Of a DNA stretch of 64,000 nt, positions 14,432 through 25,121 are shown piece after piece. A program made the position numbers and the translations under genes. Within the stretch, counting starts at the first letter, position 1. Every line of letters begins with the position of its first letter. Source of the stretch: Paraphysomonas bandaiensis (lineage: Eukaryota; Protista; Chrysophyceae); contig CBFFRP010000232.1 of NCBI GenBank assembly GCA_965644295.1, forward strand, positions 45,035-109,034, given 5' to 3'. The notes beneath the pieces are model-generated. The model searched no databases and was not told the origin of the DNA. It saw only the letters and a list, made by a program, of their open reading frames with translations.

Positions 14432-15689
14432 TATGATGGTAAAGAATTCATATGCATTCAGATTCAAGATTAATATAATACAATTTATGATCTTCGTATG
14501 GCTAATATAGTGATATGTGAAAAAGATCATTCAGATTAAAAATCAATTGTCAGCTCGCAATTGTCAGCGCGAGACGGCATACGTATGGGACAAATCCTTT
14601 GCAATGGGTAGAAACCGAGCCAAAGGAAAATCCGGACATGATCGCACAACGGCTTCCACATGCGCAGACTGTGCACACCCCACAGACAACATGGCGCACA
14701 TGCTTCTCACCTGTGCACTCACCCTGACATCATTCACATACGTGAAGATGTCCACCAAGCGCACCACAATAAGCTTGACAAACTTCGCACACGCACGCTC
14801 CCCCATCCCTGGTTTTACACCGCCATAACCAAACTAGCCAAAGCCGCATGGAACCCAACCACCCCCCAGGTTGAGCGCTACTGTACCGGCCACATTACTG
14901 CCACACAAATGGCCGATGCATTCGGACGCCACATATCCAGCTCACTGCTCGAACATCAATTCCACGCCCTAGAAAAATCCATCGCCTCTATCCTACTCCC
15001 CCTATATGATGGAGGGCTCCGCATGCTTCGCAATAGGGGACACAGACACCACAACGTAGACACGGCACCGGCGACACCGGTCCCGACACACGCAAAGCAA
15101 CGCCGGCCCCAGGATACCCACCCGACACCAAAAGTACTCCAGCTACTCCAGGCGACACCCACCCCACGAACTACACTCTCTGCAAGAGCCCAGAGCCGAC
15201 AGAGGCAAGGGCAACCACTCCGGAAACAACTTCTCCTTACTTGTAGCCGAAACCCCACCTCAACAACCAGCACCATCTCCACCACCGACTTGCACTCTCA
15301 TATACATCTCGCCTCACCCACCCCCCACATAATCCATGGCACAGGCCCGCCAGACACATTGCCCAAAGGTAGACCCCCCGACTAACCTCACTACAAGGGA
15401 CGGTTGCACCATGGTGCTCGCAGCGATGCACAAGCAGTTCCGAGACGGTTGCCCGCCACTAGTAGTATATAGCAAATCTAGTTATTAGCTCTAGTCTATA
15501 GACATAAACTAGTTTCTGTACGCAACCGTACTCATGTAATAATCAGACTTTCATATATAGATATGATGGTAAAGAATTCATATGCATTCAGATTCAAGAT
15601 TAATATAATACAATTTATGATCTTCGTATGGCTAATATTGTGATATGTGAAAAAGATCATTCAGATTAAAAATCAATTGTCGGCTCGCA
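14432..15689 (+). repeat. 128-bp direct repeat (14432-14559 and 15562-15689) flanking a 1-kb insertion
   Basis: tatgatggtaaagaattc...caattgtc(a/g)gctcgca occurs twice with 2 visible mismatches. Confidence 0.95.
14560..15561 (+). mobile_element. 5'-truncated non-LTR retrotransposon (LINE-like) 3' fragment
   Basis: Abrupt C-rich block. CADCAHPTDNMAHMLLTC is a CCHC knuckle of the kind found after LINE RT domains. Frameshifted ORF ends PKGRPPD*, followed by an AT-rich 3' UTR; flanked by the direct repeat. Confidence 0.7.
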
Positions 15690-16570
15690 TTGGTGTGGCT
15701 AAAGGTTTAAGTGAGAGTGACTTACATGATTTAACAAATAGAATCATGAATAACATGATAGTCATGACAATTGAGCAGCAGGAGAATATCTGGAAGGTCC
15801 CGCTGAAATCCCTGCTTAGGCGCCCTCTCCCACATGATGACGCAAATTCTTTCAAGCCTTCTATTTATTTAGAAATGATGCCCTCCGTTGGTAATGACAT
15901 CTTACACAAGAAAATTTGGACGTATCTTGAGTGTACATTCAATTCTGTTTCACAGAGTGAAAAATTCTTGGCCTTACTCGTTGGTGTATCTGGCATGGGG
16001 AAAACTAAACCGCGTATGACATTGGGAAGGAAGGCACTTTCGGAATAGTAACCCGAATTGTAAAACGCGACGCATTGACTCCTCCATGGAAAACTGTCGC
16101 CAAAATATTGGACAATACCTTACACTTGGGAATAATCACCGCAGTTTCCGAGAAATGTTCGCTGGTGGCTTGTTTGATATTGTTAATGATTGCCCATCTC
16201 CAATTTGTTGTGGATGTATCCTCTTCGGCAATAGCGAATACCAAATTCAAAGAGCTTTCGGGGCGAATGGACGAGTTGCAATGCGACGAAACGAAAGCAA
16301 AAGATTTGATTATGAAAGAAGTGTTTTGCGATGTCAGCGCAATGGGCTGGCATATATGCACAGGTAAATACTCGTTTCCAAACTCTTTTTCATCAGACAA
16401 TACATCATCCGGGTTTTATGACGGCAGAAGGAGTTCTTGATATACAGTTGTCTTTTATGCGACAGGTATTCTCCTCGCAGAGGTCAACAGATCGAAAACA
16501 ATTTGGGTAAATGAATCCAAAATTGTGTGGTTCTACGATGAAGTGCAAGCATCTTTAGATATGATTTAAG
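15647..16570 (+). pseudogene. Degenerate P-loop NTPase (Crinkler/RHS-type-like)
   Basis: Walker A ALLVGVSGMGKT near 15970-16010 and Walker B VWFYDEVQA near 16525, separated by frameshifts and stops. Confidence 0.55.
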
Positions 16571-16999
16571 AAGACACGACTTTCTTCAGTAGCGTGTTTC
16601 AACATATTTCGGGCAGGCATATATAGGTAGTCAGGAACAGTGCCGCCTAGTACTTATAAGAATTGTGTTCCTATATCGTACAAGCAGTATAAATCAGAAG
16701 CGTGTTGTATATAAATGTTGTTATGATAATGCTAATTATGGCCATAAAAAGCTCCCTGCGACTACAATTATTTATGAATCACATTTATGTACGAATTTCA
16801 ACAACTCTCCGCAGTTACTATTCCCTCTGCATCCTTCTACGGTAGGAGTACATTTGTTGTAGCTACTATAGAAATTTGAGGATTTATTATTTTGAGTTAA
16901 TCTAGTACAATTGATATTATCTAAGCATACAGTGTATACGTACATTTTTTGAAACAGTACTTTGATTATAATTTTTATGACAAGTATTCAGTTAAACAA

Positions 17000-18319
17000 T
17001 TACAGCTTTATTTCTTGCATTGTATCCAGCACGGAGCGAGCAGGATGTTCGATAGACAAAACGGCTATCTGATTCTCATTCACCATAAATAAAATACCGA
17101 CAGTCAGTACATATGGCATGTTCAGCGTGGTAAACACGGGAAAGTGTGCAACATGAGTGCATTCTCCAGGCAACAGAATATGAGAGTAAAAGCCACTCCA
17201 GTTGGTTACCATGCTAAGAACAGCACGATTTCTAGCGAAAAAACCTCGCAATAGCGGAATATCGGCGTGGAAACGTTTGTACTTTTGCAGCGATTTACGA
17301 ATTAATGACGGGCTGGCATAATCTTCTCGTTGGTAACCTATCACACCTTCGTAGTTTCCTGGACACACGATTAGTAAAACGGATAACACACAGAGGAGTT
17401 TTATTGCGTATTCAGCCATGAGCTATTTTAATTTTAATATGAACTTCAATTTGATCACACCTGCAAGGCTATCCGTTACGCCATCAACACGGTTCCGATA
17501 ATTGATTGCCATTAATCCAACATCACAATTACTCGCTCTCATGTAAGACGACGTCAGAATATCATTTGTCGAAATAAAATCAGAGGAGTTGTTTTCATTT
17601 TCTGCTGCCCTACTAGCGGCGTACTCCTCTTTGATACCTTTGATTTTCTGCGAATCGACTATCCCAACTTGAACTTTACCTCTTTTACCAAATATTACTT
17701 TCCCAACAAGATTACATATGGTACCCATTGATTTGAAAAACGCATCCTCTTCACGGTATATTTCCAAAATCGAAGCTCCACCTTCAGTGAACCTCTTTGC
17801 TTCTAACGCATGAATCTCAACTTGTGAAGACAGCATGCTGTAGATTTTATAAAATGTAAACCCATCACCAATAACATGCGACATTGATACTAATAAGAAA
17901 AACTGATTAGGGCTGACAGCACCAACAACAACACGAAATAGAGGCTCATTCTTATTGACACATTGTTTTCCTTTCTTTACAATATAAGGCTCAAGGGAAG
18001 TAGAATATTCATATATACTTGTTTTCAAATCACTGTATATTTCCGTATGAAGTGTTTCAATATAATCAAAATATGTTGCAATTGTAGTATTTTTATTATA
18101 ATGAAGTGTTAATTTTCCTTTTTTTTTAATTATTCGGCCTGAAAGCCATGGATTGAACTTCATGATATCCATACATCTATTACGTATATATTCTACTGGT
18201 GGTTGACCGCTATATACAGTGATAGTTGATACAGCTTCACAGTCCATCATATCTATAGTTGTCTCTTGTTGAAATAAATCAATAATCACATTATTATTAT
18301 CATTAATAGATGCTGTCAT
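17000..18319 (-). CDS. CoA-dependent acyltransferase (HXXXD, transferase/condensation superfamily), 2 exons
   Basis: NPWLSGR, SMSHVIGDGFTFY, ISTNDILTS, AINYRNR, VTNWSGF. Intron 17460-17359 gives LAGNYE. Confidence 0.85.
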
Positions 18320-18893
18320 GATTATATATGGATTGTATTCATATGATTGGAATTCAGTTAATGTAATGAGAGTGAGATTTCTATATGCATGTCTATGTAC
18401 ACCATGATACAGATACAGTTAGAGGGAGGGATTCCTTAGAGGACATTTCCTGTACATGGACTATGGTAATGAAAAGTACGAAAATATTCTGATTTTAATA
18501 CAAAAATAGCCTATATTGTCAGAATTTCCAAAATTACATACCAAAATATGCTGAAAATTTGCATATCCGGAGATGGTACCAAACCTCTGTGTATCGTACT
18601 TTAGGTGGGTGCTCCTGGCACTGCTCGTAGGTGTGTGAAAAAAAATACAACACAGAGAATGGTTTTACGTCACAAGCAGCAGATCATAACCTTCTCATGA
18701 AACTCACCAATCATTTCAATCCATTCATCTATACATTCCATCAATTGGCTATTTCCGCGCCACCATTGAATACCACTTCTTCTCTGTCCATTGCATTAAG
18801 TCCAGCACTTATATATACATATATGTGACTCTCTCTCTATATAAGTGTATATATATATTCATATATTAAAGTTCCATTAAAGAGTAGTTCATA

Positions 18894-20621
18894 ATGGTTG
18901 CCAAGAAAAGAAAGTCTAAACGACAGACACTTCAACAGAAATATAAAATACAAAAACGTGTTAAAGATCATAAAAAGAAAGTAAAGAAAGGCATAATTGT
19001 AGGGACAAGAAAAACTAAGAAGAATGACAATCATATCCCTAATGATTGGCCATATAAGGCAGAATTACTTCAAGAAATACAAGCTGCTAAAGAAAAAATG
19101 GAATTAGTAAAACAAAGACAGAAAGAGAAACGATCAGAACTTATGGTGAGTTGATATCTTATATATGTATATCTGTCAGTTTGCTCAACTTATTTATAGA
19201 TGAAGAAGAGAATGGAGAACTCTTCTGTGCCAATGAAGAACGTCTTAAGTGAGCCTGTGACGGAGTTTGTAGAAGAGAGTTCAGATGATGAAATGGACAT
19301 AAAAGGTCAGAGCTTGGGACAGAACTCTAGGCGAGCTTTTCTGCGTGAACTCCGTAAAATAGTCGATAGTGCGGATGTCATTCTGCATGTTCTAGATGCC
19401 AGGGATCCTGTTGGTACTCGTAGTACCGCTATTGAGGAAATGGTACTGTCGAATGCTGGAAAGAAACTGGTGTATGTGGTCAATAAGGCAGACCTGATTC
19501 CTAGAAATGTTTTGGTAGGGTGGCTGGCATATCTGCGGCAGTTTCACCCCGCTATTCCGTTTAAATGCAACACACAAAATCAAAAAGGTAACCTTGGTCG
19601 AGGTGCAGGAAAGGTTGGCCGAGTTGACGAGAGTGCACTTTTGTCCCCTCAAGCTATCGGTGCGGAAGAACTGATTGGTCTCATGAAGAACTACTGCCGT
19701 GTTGGAGGAGGACAGACCAAGTCATCCATTTCTGTGGGAATAGTAGGGTTCCCTAACGTTGGAAAGAGTTCTCTAATTAATTCCCTTACACGTACCCGGT
19801 CTGTTAACGTCAGCTCAACTCCTGGGTTCACAAAGAAGGTTCAAGAAGTCATATTGGACAAGAATATTCGATTGCTTGATTCTCCTGGTGTCGTATTTGC
19901 CGACGGTGACGCAGGCACAACAGTCCTTAGAAACTGTGTTAACGTTGAGGAGATGGATGATGTTATAACTCCTGTACAGGCTATACTCGAACGCTGCCCT
20001 GCTCCTTACCTTATGCAGGTGTATTCGATCCCGAGATTCAATGCTACAGACTGCATGGGTTTTCTAGCACTAGTTGCTCGCGCTACCGGTAAATTAAAGA
20101 AAGGAGGTGTTCCGCATATCGAGGCGGCAGCTAAGGGTGTTTTGCATGATTGGAATAACGGAAAAATTAAATACTACTGCAAACCGCCTGATATGTCCTC
20201 TAAGTCGAGCGCCACTCAGGTGCATGCTGAAGAAGCTAGAGGCGACACTCGCATTTTGTCGGCATTTTCGGACCAGCTTGATCTTGATAACATGCAAGAG
20301 ACTGATGTGCGAGTCTTGGAGGCACTCGATGCTGTTGATGATGTGGCGTTTGTTCCTGTCGAAGCGGCAGAATTTGTTACTGGTGAACCTAATGATGGGG
20401 ATGAGGAAATGGCAAGTGATGCAGAGGGTAGTGATTGTGAAGGCTCGGTGGCCACAACATCCACCAAAAAGACATCCTCAAAAAAACCTGCAGCTTCATT
20501 GTCATTGCGAAGTCAACAGAAGAAAGATAAGAAAAAGAGTGCTAAAAATGCTCGAAGATCCCAACAAGTAAATGCAGAGAACTTAGAAGATTATGACTTT
20601 GAGACTGATTTTCAGTACTAA
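18894..20621 (+). CDS. GNL3: Nucleolar circularly permuted GTPase GNL3/Nug1 (nucleostemin-like), 2 exons
   Basis: Basic N-terminus KSKRQTLQQKYKIQKRVKDH..IPNDWPYK; VLDARDP, NKADL, GFPNVGKSS, DSPG, DWNNGKI; C-terminal YDFETDF. Intron 19146-19199. Confidence 0.93.
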
Positions 20622-21289
20622 TAAGATTGCCATTTAAGCGTGAAATGTTTTAGCGGTGTCTAGTAGTTGAACATTTAATTTCGTAGGTAAGAATTTGTAA
20701 GTTGAATAAAGTGAAATCTTTTTTCTGGTATGGTGGTGTGCTGATATGAAAACTTGAAGTGTAACAGTCTTGAGTAGTGAGTAGTATAATTTCCAGGCAG
20801 TATATGGTTCAAAATGCAGATTTAGAGATATTAGTCAAAACTACCAGCACGATATAAAGCTTTTGTATAGCACTACCATTGTTTGCGAGAAGTTGTTTTG
20901 CAGAGCTAAGATTGTTATGACTGATATTCGCAAGCGAATGACACTAGATACTGTTGGAAATTGCTCATTCATAACTAGACTAGATAGATTTATTGTTGAA
21001 GTTTCTTTGGGATGAGATTATAGTTCAGAAGGTTATTCTAAAATCTAGCAATAATTAATTGGCAATAATGGCCTATTAATTGCATTGCGTATAATTGGAT
21101 GCTTGATTAATAATTGCAATTATTGTTGTTGCACATCTGTTACCAATTAAGGGCCAATTGATTGTTACGCAAGGCTGATAATTCCAGTGAAAGTATTTTA
21201 ATGTACAGTGTGTTTTCAGTTTCAATTTAGTTTTCAGTTGTGACTGTATTCTTGTTCTGGAAACACTGAACGAGTTTGATACATATTAC

Positions 21290-21760
21290 CAGCCTGCATG
21301 AAACCTTCCAGTCCTAGACAACGACGCCGCCTCCGGCAACTCCACCTCTGCCTGAGACCCAAACTGTGCACTGAGACAACGCCACATTCCACCACACCAC
21401 CCACCTCTCAGCACACATATCTAGTACTCGGTACACTAAGGACCTTAATACAGAACCCTGTACCTCCACACAGCCCGGTGGAATCTCATCCCAAGGGGAA
21501 ACCCCCTGGTCACATCCGCCAGTGAGTCCTAGGACACACGAACATGGTGAAACTCACAATCAACATTAAGAACGGAAGTGGTCGCACCTTGGTGCTTGCG
21601 GTGACGCACAAGCAGCTTCTATAACGCTAAATAGTAGGATAATAGAATTTGAGCTGTTTAGTTATGGGTAGAGGTCTAAATAGTATGTCTAGCATTCAAC
21701 TAACCACTATATTGGTACAGGTTTTTAACGCCTATTGCTAAATAATAAGGCTTTCAATAT
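21290..21760 (+). mobile_element. Second, shorter 3' fragment of a related LINE-like element
   Basis: C-rich ORF end PKGKPPG, then a 36-nt motif matching 15402-15437 at 30/36 positions, and a similar terminus (taataa..gctttcaata versus taataatcagactttcata). Confidence 0.6.
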
Positions 21761-22982
21761 TGATACAGCTAGGCATTTCAAAGTTGTATAACACAATAAA
21801 GCAAGGTTTAATATTTAAAGCATGGAATATAAACTTTATGAATGAATTAGTTAATTAGGCACTGTTGGAATACGCATGCTTAAGATAGAACAGTATTATA
21901 TTTGTTAATTACAACACAGGAAAAGTAGTCAAAATACTGTATACTCTACAGGTACATAACTGTGAAACTGAAGTATTAGTGGTTGCGTGGTTGCTATCAG
22001 TGTGCTTCATGCGAAATATGTGTGCATCAATAATCTATCTAGTCTGATGACCAAAGTGATAAAATGAGCAAAAGTCAATATGGTTCGGTGAGAACAATGT
22101 TGAGCAATGGATTGAGGACGGATCATTTTGAGAGTGCGTTGGAAGAGCCACTCATACAAACGTGCACAAAATTGGAATGCAAATGTCATCGCTTATTCAA
22201 ATCTGTAGGGAGGCTGTCAAATCTATCTCCAAAGGTGCTTTAGAAGTTTTACCTGCTGCACAAAGAGTTCAAAGGAGCGGAAGGAAGAAACAAGCTCAGT
22301 GCCCACAATATGGTTAACACACACAGAAACTGTTTTGAAGGAGGTCAGCGGAACAAGATCGGTGATCTTCTAACTCAGAATGGATCTTTAGAAATGAAGC
22401 CGTAAGAGACGTCTTAAGGTTTGAATTTCTGCTGAAAGGATTTCAGGCTCTGAATCACATAGTCACTGAGGGATCAAATATCAAATACCATTCGGCTTAA
22501 GCAAGGATTAGTATCCTTGATGCATTAAATTGTGCTTAGTATAAGTTACCTGCTGACAATTTCGTAAAGTGTTGGGTTACAAATAACTAATCCTTACCTA
22601 CGTCATTCGTATAGTATATTAGTTACTGCGCAAGCATGAACCATGACTCTGAAAAGTTGAACTATTTCTTGAAGGAGGAGGGAGAAACTGACACAGCCTC
22701 TCTTAAATAGTACAAGTAAATTTCGAACTTGGAATGACTACTCAAGAATACTAAAGAGATACAGTCTACTGGGAAAAGATACTAACGGCATGACAGAAGG
22801 TAGCCTTGTTATATCTTGTACCCTATTCTTCTAGGTTAATAGGGGCACACTTTTCTAGAATTGAAGTATAAAGTATAGTATATAATATATCCAACGCATA
22901 TTACTTCTGATGGCATATTACTTATCGAAACTTTTATAATATAAAACGTTTTATATATTATTTTCATAACTGGTAACGTATA

Positions 22983-23820
22983 CTACACCATAGATTTCTT
23001 CTTTTCAATTAATGTTAATTTGTTATCCAGTCTCGAAAACTCAAGGGATAGAGTTTCCACCTGTTACACAACAGACACGTGTCACGATATGCACTAGTCA
23101 GAGATGTATGCGGCCTTACCAGGGTGTGATAGATGTCCACAAACTCATCTAAGTCTTTGGTTTGTGCTTGCAACCTTAATAGTAGAACTAATAAGTATAA
23201 CATAAAGCAGCTGACGAATATGGCTACCTATCTGTCAAAGCAGAAATCTTGTTGTCTATAGCTTGCAACCTTGTCGCACATGATGGAATATCTGGACACA
23301 ACATTATTACTTATTTACCATCGTAAACTAACATACCTTGTAAAAATGGCTGGTTAACAGCAGGATCGAGGCGCTCTATCTCTTGCAAGTACTGTACACT
23401 TCTCAATATGCTGTCTCTGAAGTTGATTTCAGTCAGTTTAATAGTACACAATATACTTCAACTAACCTCTCATTTAATAGACTTAATACTTTATCTTCTG
23501 TTTGACTCAATGAAAACTTTTGACGAAATAATGCAGGCCCAATCTTGCTTACTACATACAGAGTAAGACCATCAATGATCACACTATAGTTATCACCTAA
23601 TTCCGAACACACTTTCATATTGGGTATTATTTGATAAGTATTATCAATTTTATTTTGAAGATCTTCAAGTCTGTTATATAGAGATACATTACTAACATGT
23701 GATCAGATTAGTGTCTGTGTGAGACCTCTGTTTCATATCAAGCGACTCCTGTAGTTTCCTTCTATTGCCAAGTAATAGTTGATGTAGACGATCTACACGT
23801 ATTTCTAATGTATCAGACAT
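22983..23820 (-). CDS. DCTN3: Dynactin subunit 3 (p22/p24)-like protein, copy 1, 7 exons, 176 aa
   Basis: Six GT-AG introns (23725-23671, 23596-23552, 23466-23417, 23336-23292, 23227-23175, 23119-23061) splice to an open frame: MSDTLEIRVDRLHQLLLG...LQEIERLDPAVNQPFLQDIPSCATRLQAI...LDEFVDIYHTLVETLSLEFSRLDNKLTLIEKKKSMV*. Size and pattern match DCTN3 as I recall it. Confidence 0.78.
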
Positions 23821-24109
23821 TGTTGATATTGAATATTATTCACAGAGGTGTGTATGTGTGTGTGTTGTGATAGGAGTTAGATAGCTATGCACTTAACTAT
23901 CAGACCACTTGCAATATACAAGTATATATACCACTATACACTATACACTATACCATACTGCTGTGTACTACTACACTCCACACTTATATATAGAGAATGT
24001 ACTGCTGTAGATGTACGTGTATACTGTTATGTACTGCTGCTGTACATATAATAGTATACATTCCAACCATACTACTCGTATCTCGTATCAATATGTCCAC
24101 AGCAGTGCG

Positions 24110-24230
24110 CTATTCCAGACGCCTCGTAATTAGATTAATCTGACCATCATCGCGCTCGATAGTTAAACCTAAATAATGCTTAATGTCACCCAAGTGGAGT
24201 ACATGCTGCACACCTTAGACGAGGAATCTT
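24110..24230 (-). mobile_element. Ty1/copia reverse transcriptase micro-fragment (also in the duplicate at about 33918-34040)
   Basis: Minus strand translates to LGDIKHYLGLTIERDDGQINL, resembling the copia DLG..KYFLGIEI.R motif. Confidence 0.55.
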
Positions 24231-25121
24231 TCTTCTATATGCAGATATAGATACAGAGAATTCAGATGCAAGCTATATGAATGCATTGACCACTATATAC
24301 TATATAGGCAAAAACAGATAAGACGGAACAGCCGCTAGAAGCTAAAACTTACTGGTAATGATGCAGACCGATCGTACGATGCTGTCTATATAATATATAT
24401 AAGCTAGGATTACTTGGGTAATTCTTGACTTAGATTGCTGTAAAAAATAACTCTTGTTTTGTCTCTCGATGTCAGATTGCTACCAATTGATCTTATTAAG
24501 GTTTAGGCACATCCTGATATTTAACGTTGCAACACATGCAAACATTACAAAATAATTTGACGGCATCTCTGGAATTGCCGTTCGTCATACGCGTCAACAC
24601 ATCTCTTAACTGTAGCACGGCTTTGCTTCGATTTCCAGTCAATTCGAAGGCGGGAATGTTTGGCCACAGTCGAAGCATTTCCTGGCTCGGCTCGCGAAAA
24701 ATACATCTGACAGGCACTAAGCACCCCGTCACGACCTGTTTGTGCACGTCTCTATGAAACTACAACAATTGTATTAATTAGCAATCAATTTACACTGCTC
24801 TGACTGACATTGGTAAGTGCAATACCTGACGCAAACGTAGTGGAGTATGAAGCCATCCAATGAGAGGTATGGAATATTAGATCGCCTTATATCAACACTT
24901 AAAGAGTCCTTAGACGTTGTCATCGCGCCTTATGGTTGCCATTTCATGACGTTAGCTTATTCAATGGGTGTACTTACCTGATTACACTCGTTAGATATTG
25001 TCAGTACGGCACATAGTAGTACTAGGAGTCCTCAACAAGAATATATATGCAGCCATATGTTCGAGCTATATGGTCTTTAGAAGAGTGTCCATGATTAACA
25101 CTGAAGCAATTCTGGCCTGAC

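Larger units (their letters stand above)
22158..24408 (+). repeat. Segmental duplication, copy 1 (direct repeat of 31737-34217)
   Basis: Colinear sequence similarity over about 2.2-2.5 kb, with a near-identical central 1 kb. Confidence 0.95.

Noticed and set aside
15402-15437. HDV-like ribozyme interpretation of the conserved retroelement motif
   Set aside because: Too short to hold P3/P4, and located at the 3' end rather than the 5' end; kept only as a possible simple pseudoknot.
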